Assembly (NCBI RefSeq): GCF_964355755.1
Contig: NC_092675.1
Location: 10,039,812 to 10,103,811, forward strand
Length of the DNA: 64,000 nt
Source of the DNA: Antedon mediterranea
Lineage: Eukaryota > Animalia > Echinodermata
Reading direction: 5' to 3'
Notes under the pieces: model-generated
Told to the model about the DNA's origin: nothing
The model's database searches: none
What the model saw: only the letters and a program-made list of their open reading frames with translations
Position numbers and translations under genes: made by a program
Shown here: positions 63,872 through 64,000 of the stretch, piece by piece
Layout: each line of letters opens with the position of its first letter
How positions within the stretch are numbered: the first letter of the stretch is position 1

Positions 63872-64000
63872 CGATATATTTATTTTATAAGGTAAACCAT
63901 TTTCATTATAGTTGCTAGTAACATATGTCAAGAAATCTCTTTTGAGTTGACTCTCTTGGATTTTGTACGCTGACTTTTGTCTGTGTATACTTATATATTC

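Overview
AT-rich animal genomic DNA with spliceosomal introns, probably an invertebrate deuterostome such as an echinoderm (inferred from composition and gene content, not proven). It has two host genes: a minus-strand PDZ gene whose first two exons resemble synaptopodin-2/SYNPO2L (ATG at 10864, at least 5 coding exons, 3' end unresolved) and a complete plus-strand Dmbx homeobox gene (K50 PRD class with OAR; 4 coding exons, 339 aa, 45302-48813). There is one solitary intron-containing tRNA-Arg(UCU) gene and a decaying array of about 10 further copies (38.9-42.7 kb). The dominant structure is a 20.8-kb nest at 11893-32735. It is a young Ty3/Gypsy element (TTAA TSD, intact gag and pol, -1 frameshift signal, atypical HHDD RT motif, extra non-env RING/PHD-finger ORF3). 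Its 5' LTR is split by an 11-kb non-autonomous foldback/Mutator-like element (9-bp TSD, inverted arrays of 88-bp hairpin units). That element carries a hAT (8-bp TSD) containing a second hAT (5-bp TSD), plus a degenerate Academ transposon (3-bp TSD). Other content: a Rex1-type LINE inside the homeobox intron, a Tx1-like LINE fragment, MITEs, SINE copies and minisatellites. All calls are by eye and family names come from remembered motifs, not database searches.
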